NCBI GenBank assembly: GCA_024635455.1 | Contig: JAGXIU010000003.1 | Span: forward strand, 3,966-67,965 | DNA: 64,000 nt | Origin: Candidatus Saccharimonadota bacterium | GTDB taxonomy: Bacteria; Patescibacteriota; Saccharimonadia; Saccharimonadales; SLHW01 | Direction of reading: 5' to 3' | Shown here: piece by piece, positions 62,514 to 64,000 of the stretch | Numbering within the stretch: the stretch's first letter is position 1 | How the letters are laid out: each line of letters begins with the position of its first letter | The notes under the pieces: generated by a model | What the model was told of the DNA's origin: nothing | The model's database searches: none | What the model saw: the letters and a program-made list of their open reading frames with translations, nothing else | Program-made: the position numbers and the translations under genes

Positions 62514-62543
62514 AAACCCGACAGACTATAGTCTGTCGGGTTT
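62514..62543. repeat. Palindromic hairpin element AAACCCGACAGACTA/TAGTCTGTCGGGTTT, copy 2
   Basis: Perfect 15+15 palindrome, followed by AGC as in copy 1. Lies between the divergent tRNA-Ser and the ABC transporter genes. Confidence 0.65.
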
Positions 62544-62666
62544 AGCAAAGTCTTCAAAATAGTAACCAAAAACCAAACATAATGAGTCTAATCAATACGC
62601 ATAAACAAAAAAATACCACAATAACACCTTGAATTATCTTGTGGAAAAGAAGTACAATTATAAAGA

Positions 62667-63539
62667 GTGAACAATATTATCCAACTACAAGACGTAAGCA
62701 AACTTTACGGCTTTGGCGATGCTACGACGGTAGCCGTTGAAGACGTTAGTTTGCAGGTGCGCAAGGGCGAGTTCATCGCTGTTATGGGTCCGAGTGGTTC
62801 TGGCAAGTCTACGTTAATGAATTTAATCGGCTTGCTCGATCGCCCTACTGAGGGCATGTATATGCTGCAAGGTAGAAAAGTCTCACGGCTCAGCGCCTGG
62901 CGACGGGCCCGCTACCGTCGAGACTGCATTGGCTTTGTATTCCAGTCGTTTAATTTACTCGCAACAATGACCTCGCTCGAGAACGTGGCGCTTCCCCTTG
63001 CCTACAAAGGTATGACGCAGACTCGTCGACTCAAGCAAGCTGGAAATGCGCTTGAGCGAGTTGGTCTGGCTGACCGCGAATATTACTATCCGAATCAGTT
63101 AAGCGGTGGACAGATGCAGCGTGTCGCAATTGCGCGGGCTTTGGTTAATAACCCAGAAATTATTATCGCTGATGAACCAACCGGGAATCTAGACAGCGCG
63201 TCGAGCCGAGTTGTACTGGAGTTATTGAGTGATTTACATAAATCTGGTCACACTATCCTGATGGTAACGCATAACCCGGAATTAACTCGCTACGCGACTC
63301 GTGTAGTATTCATGCACGACGGAACCATTGTTGCTGATCAAAGTTCCAGTATCGGTACCGTTCCTGACATTGCGAAAAAGATGTATCTAAAGCCCAAAAA
63401 GACCGAAGAGGATGACCTCGAGGGTGTATCAGCTCTCATGGACGCTGTTCCCCAGAAAGATGAGAAGAGTGCCAAAAAAACCAAAAAACCAAAAAAGAAG
63501 TCAAAGTCTAGCAAAAAATCGAGGAGCAAGAAGTCATGA
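62667..63539 (+). CDS. ABC transporter ATP-binding protein (MacB/LolD/FtsE-like) with Lys-rich C-terminal tail
   Basis: Walker [10 protein letters not shown], signature LSGGQMQR, Walker [13 protein letters not shown]. Tail [21 protein letters not shown]. Confidence 0.9.
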   Translation: MNNIIQLQDVSKLYGFGDATTVAVEDVSLQVRKGEFIAVMGPSGSGKSTLMNLIGLLDRPTEGMYMLQGRKVSRLSAWRRARYRRDCIGFVFQSFNLLATMTSLENVALPLAYKGMTQTRRLKQAGNALERVGLADREYYYPNQLSGGQMQRVAIARALVNNPEIIIADEPTGNLDSASSRVVLELLSDLHKSGHTILMVTHNPELTRYATRVVFMHDGTIVADQSSSIGTVPDIAKKMYLKPKKTEEDDLEGVSALMDAVPQKDEKSAKKTKKPKKKSKSSKKSRSKKS

Positions 63540-64000
63540 TGCTCAAAAATAACCTACGCATGGCACTTGGCTCGCTTCGCTCTTCACGGGGCAGAAGTTT
63601 TTTGACTATGCTCGGTATTATCGTGGGCATCGTATCGGTGGTGACGATCGTTTCAGTTGGCGAAGGGGTAAAACGAAGTATTGCCGGCGAAGCTGATTCA
63701 CTTGGCGCAGAGACGATTACTGTATTACCTGGGAACCAGGTGGAGCGTGACGAAACCGGCACCATAACCAGCTATAATCCGCTTCAATCAGTTGGCTATT
63801 CTCTGACAGAAACTGACCTTGCAGAAATAAAAAAGCTAGATGGTATTTCAGAAGTTGTGCCGTTTGTGCGGGTTTCTGGCATACCGCAGCTCGACGAACA
63901 AACACAAATGCCGAGTGCAGATGTATTGGCGGTATCTGGTGATGTCCCACAAGTACTCAATCAGGAGGTACGTTTTGGTACCTGGCTTGAAGAAGACACT
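63536..64000 (+). CDS. ABC transporter permease, MacB/FtsX-type (3' end outside window)
   Basis: ATGA overlap with the ATPase gene. [36 protein letters not shown] is a typical MacB N-terminus and TM1. Reading frame is open to the window edge. Confidence 0.8.
   Translation, partial: MMLKNNLRMALGSLRSSRGRSFLTMLGIIVGIVSVVTIVSVGEGVKRSIAGEADSLGAETITVLPGNQVERDETGTITSYNPLQSVGYSLTETDLAEIKKLDGISEVVPFVRVSGIPQLDEQTQMPSADVLAVSGDVPQVLNQEVRFGTWLEEDT

Overview
The window is a gene-dense, mostly single-copy chromosomal segment of about 47% GC. Gene content suggests a small-genome monoderm CPR/Patescibacteria bacterium, probably Saccharibacteria (TM7)-like. This placement is an inference from several features: a stripped-down dcw cluster, a type IV pilin-like gene, a sortase, PEGA and DUF3048 proteins, many receiver-only response regulators, a heliorhodopsin, and many membrane-anchored orphan proteins. 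The genetic code looks standard, because TGA acts as a stop in ATGA start/stop overlaps.

Recognisable housekeeping genes are pyrG (3' part), rpmA, xseA/xseB, recO, glyQS, mraZ-rsmH-ftsL-ftsI-mraY-ftsW-murG-ftsQ, topA, dprA, pth, der, rluB-like, gltX, xth and pyrH. There are also two histidine kinase/receiver pairs, a MacB-type ABC transporter, and three tRNAs: Glu-CUC, Leu-CAA and Ser-GGA.

Observations worth a second look:
1. A full-length heliorhodopsin lies directly upstream of an aldo/keto reductase.
2. Short structured modules sit downstream of tRNA-Glu and tRNA-Ser. Each ends in a duplicate of that tRNA's own 3' end, and the two share a ~40-nt core. They look like att scars or CIME-like mini-elements.
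3. An 896-bp ORF-free, AT-rich segment sits where ftsA/ftsZ normally follow ftsQ, at a convergent strand switch. It contains 18-bp perfect direct repeats, a perfect DnaA box and a weak RNase P-like P4 signature.
4. A ~455-nt unit bounded by a promoter and a terminator lies between dprA and pth and has no ORF. It is a candidate structured ncRNA of unknown class.
5. A phased GTGGGTA (MraZ-box) array overlaps the mraZ promoter.
6. A pair made of a degenerate histidine-kinase-like protein and a pseudo-receiver (Asp replaced by Glu).
7. A membrane-anchored two-ring Clp/Hsp100-like ATPase with a crippled D1 Walker B.

All homology statements are by-eye motif recognition. No database search was run.
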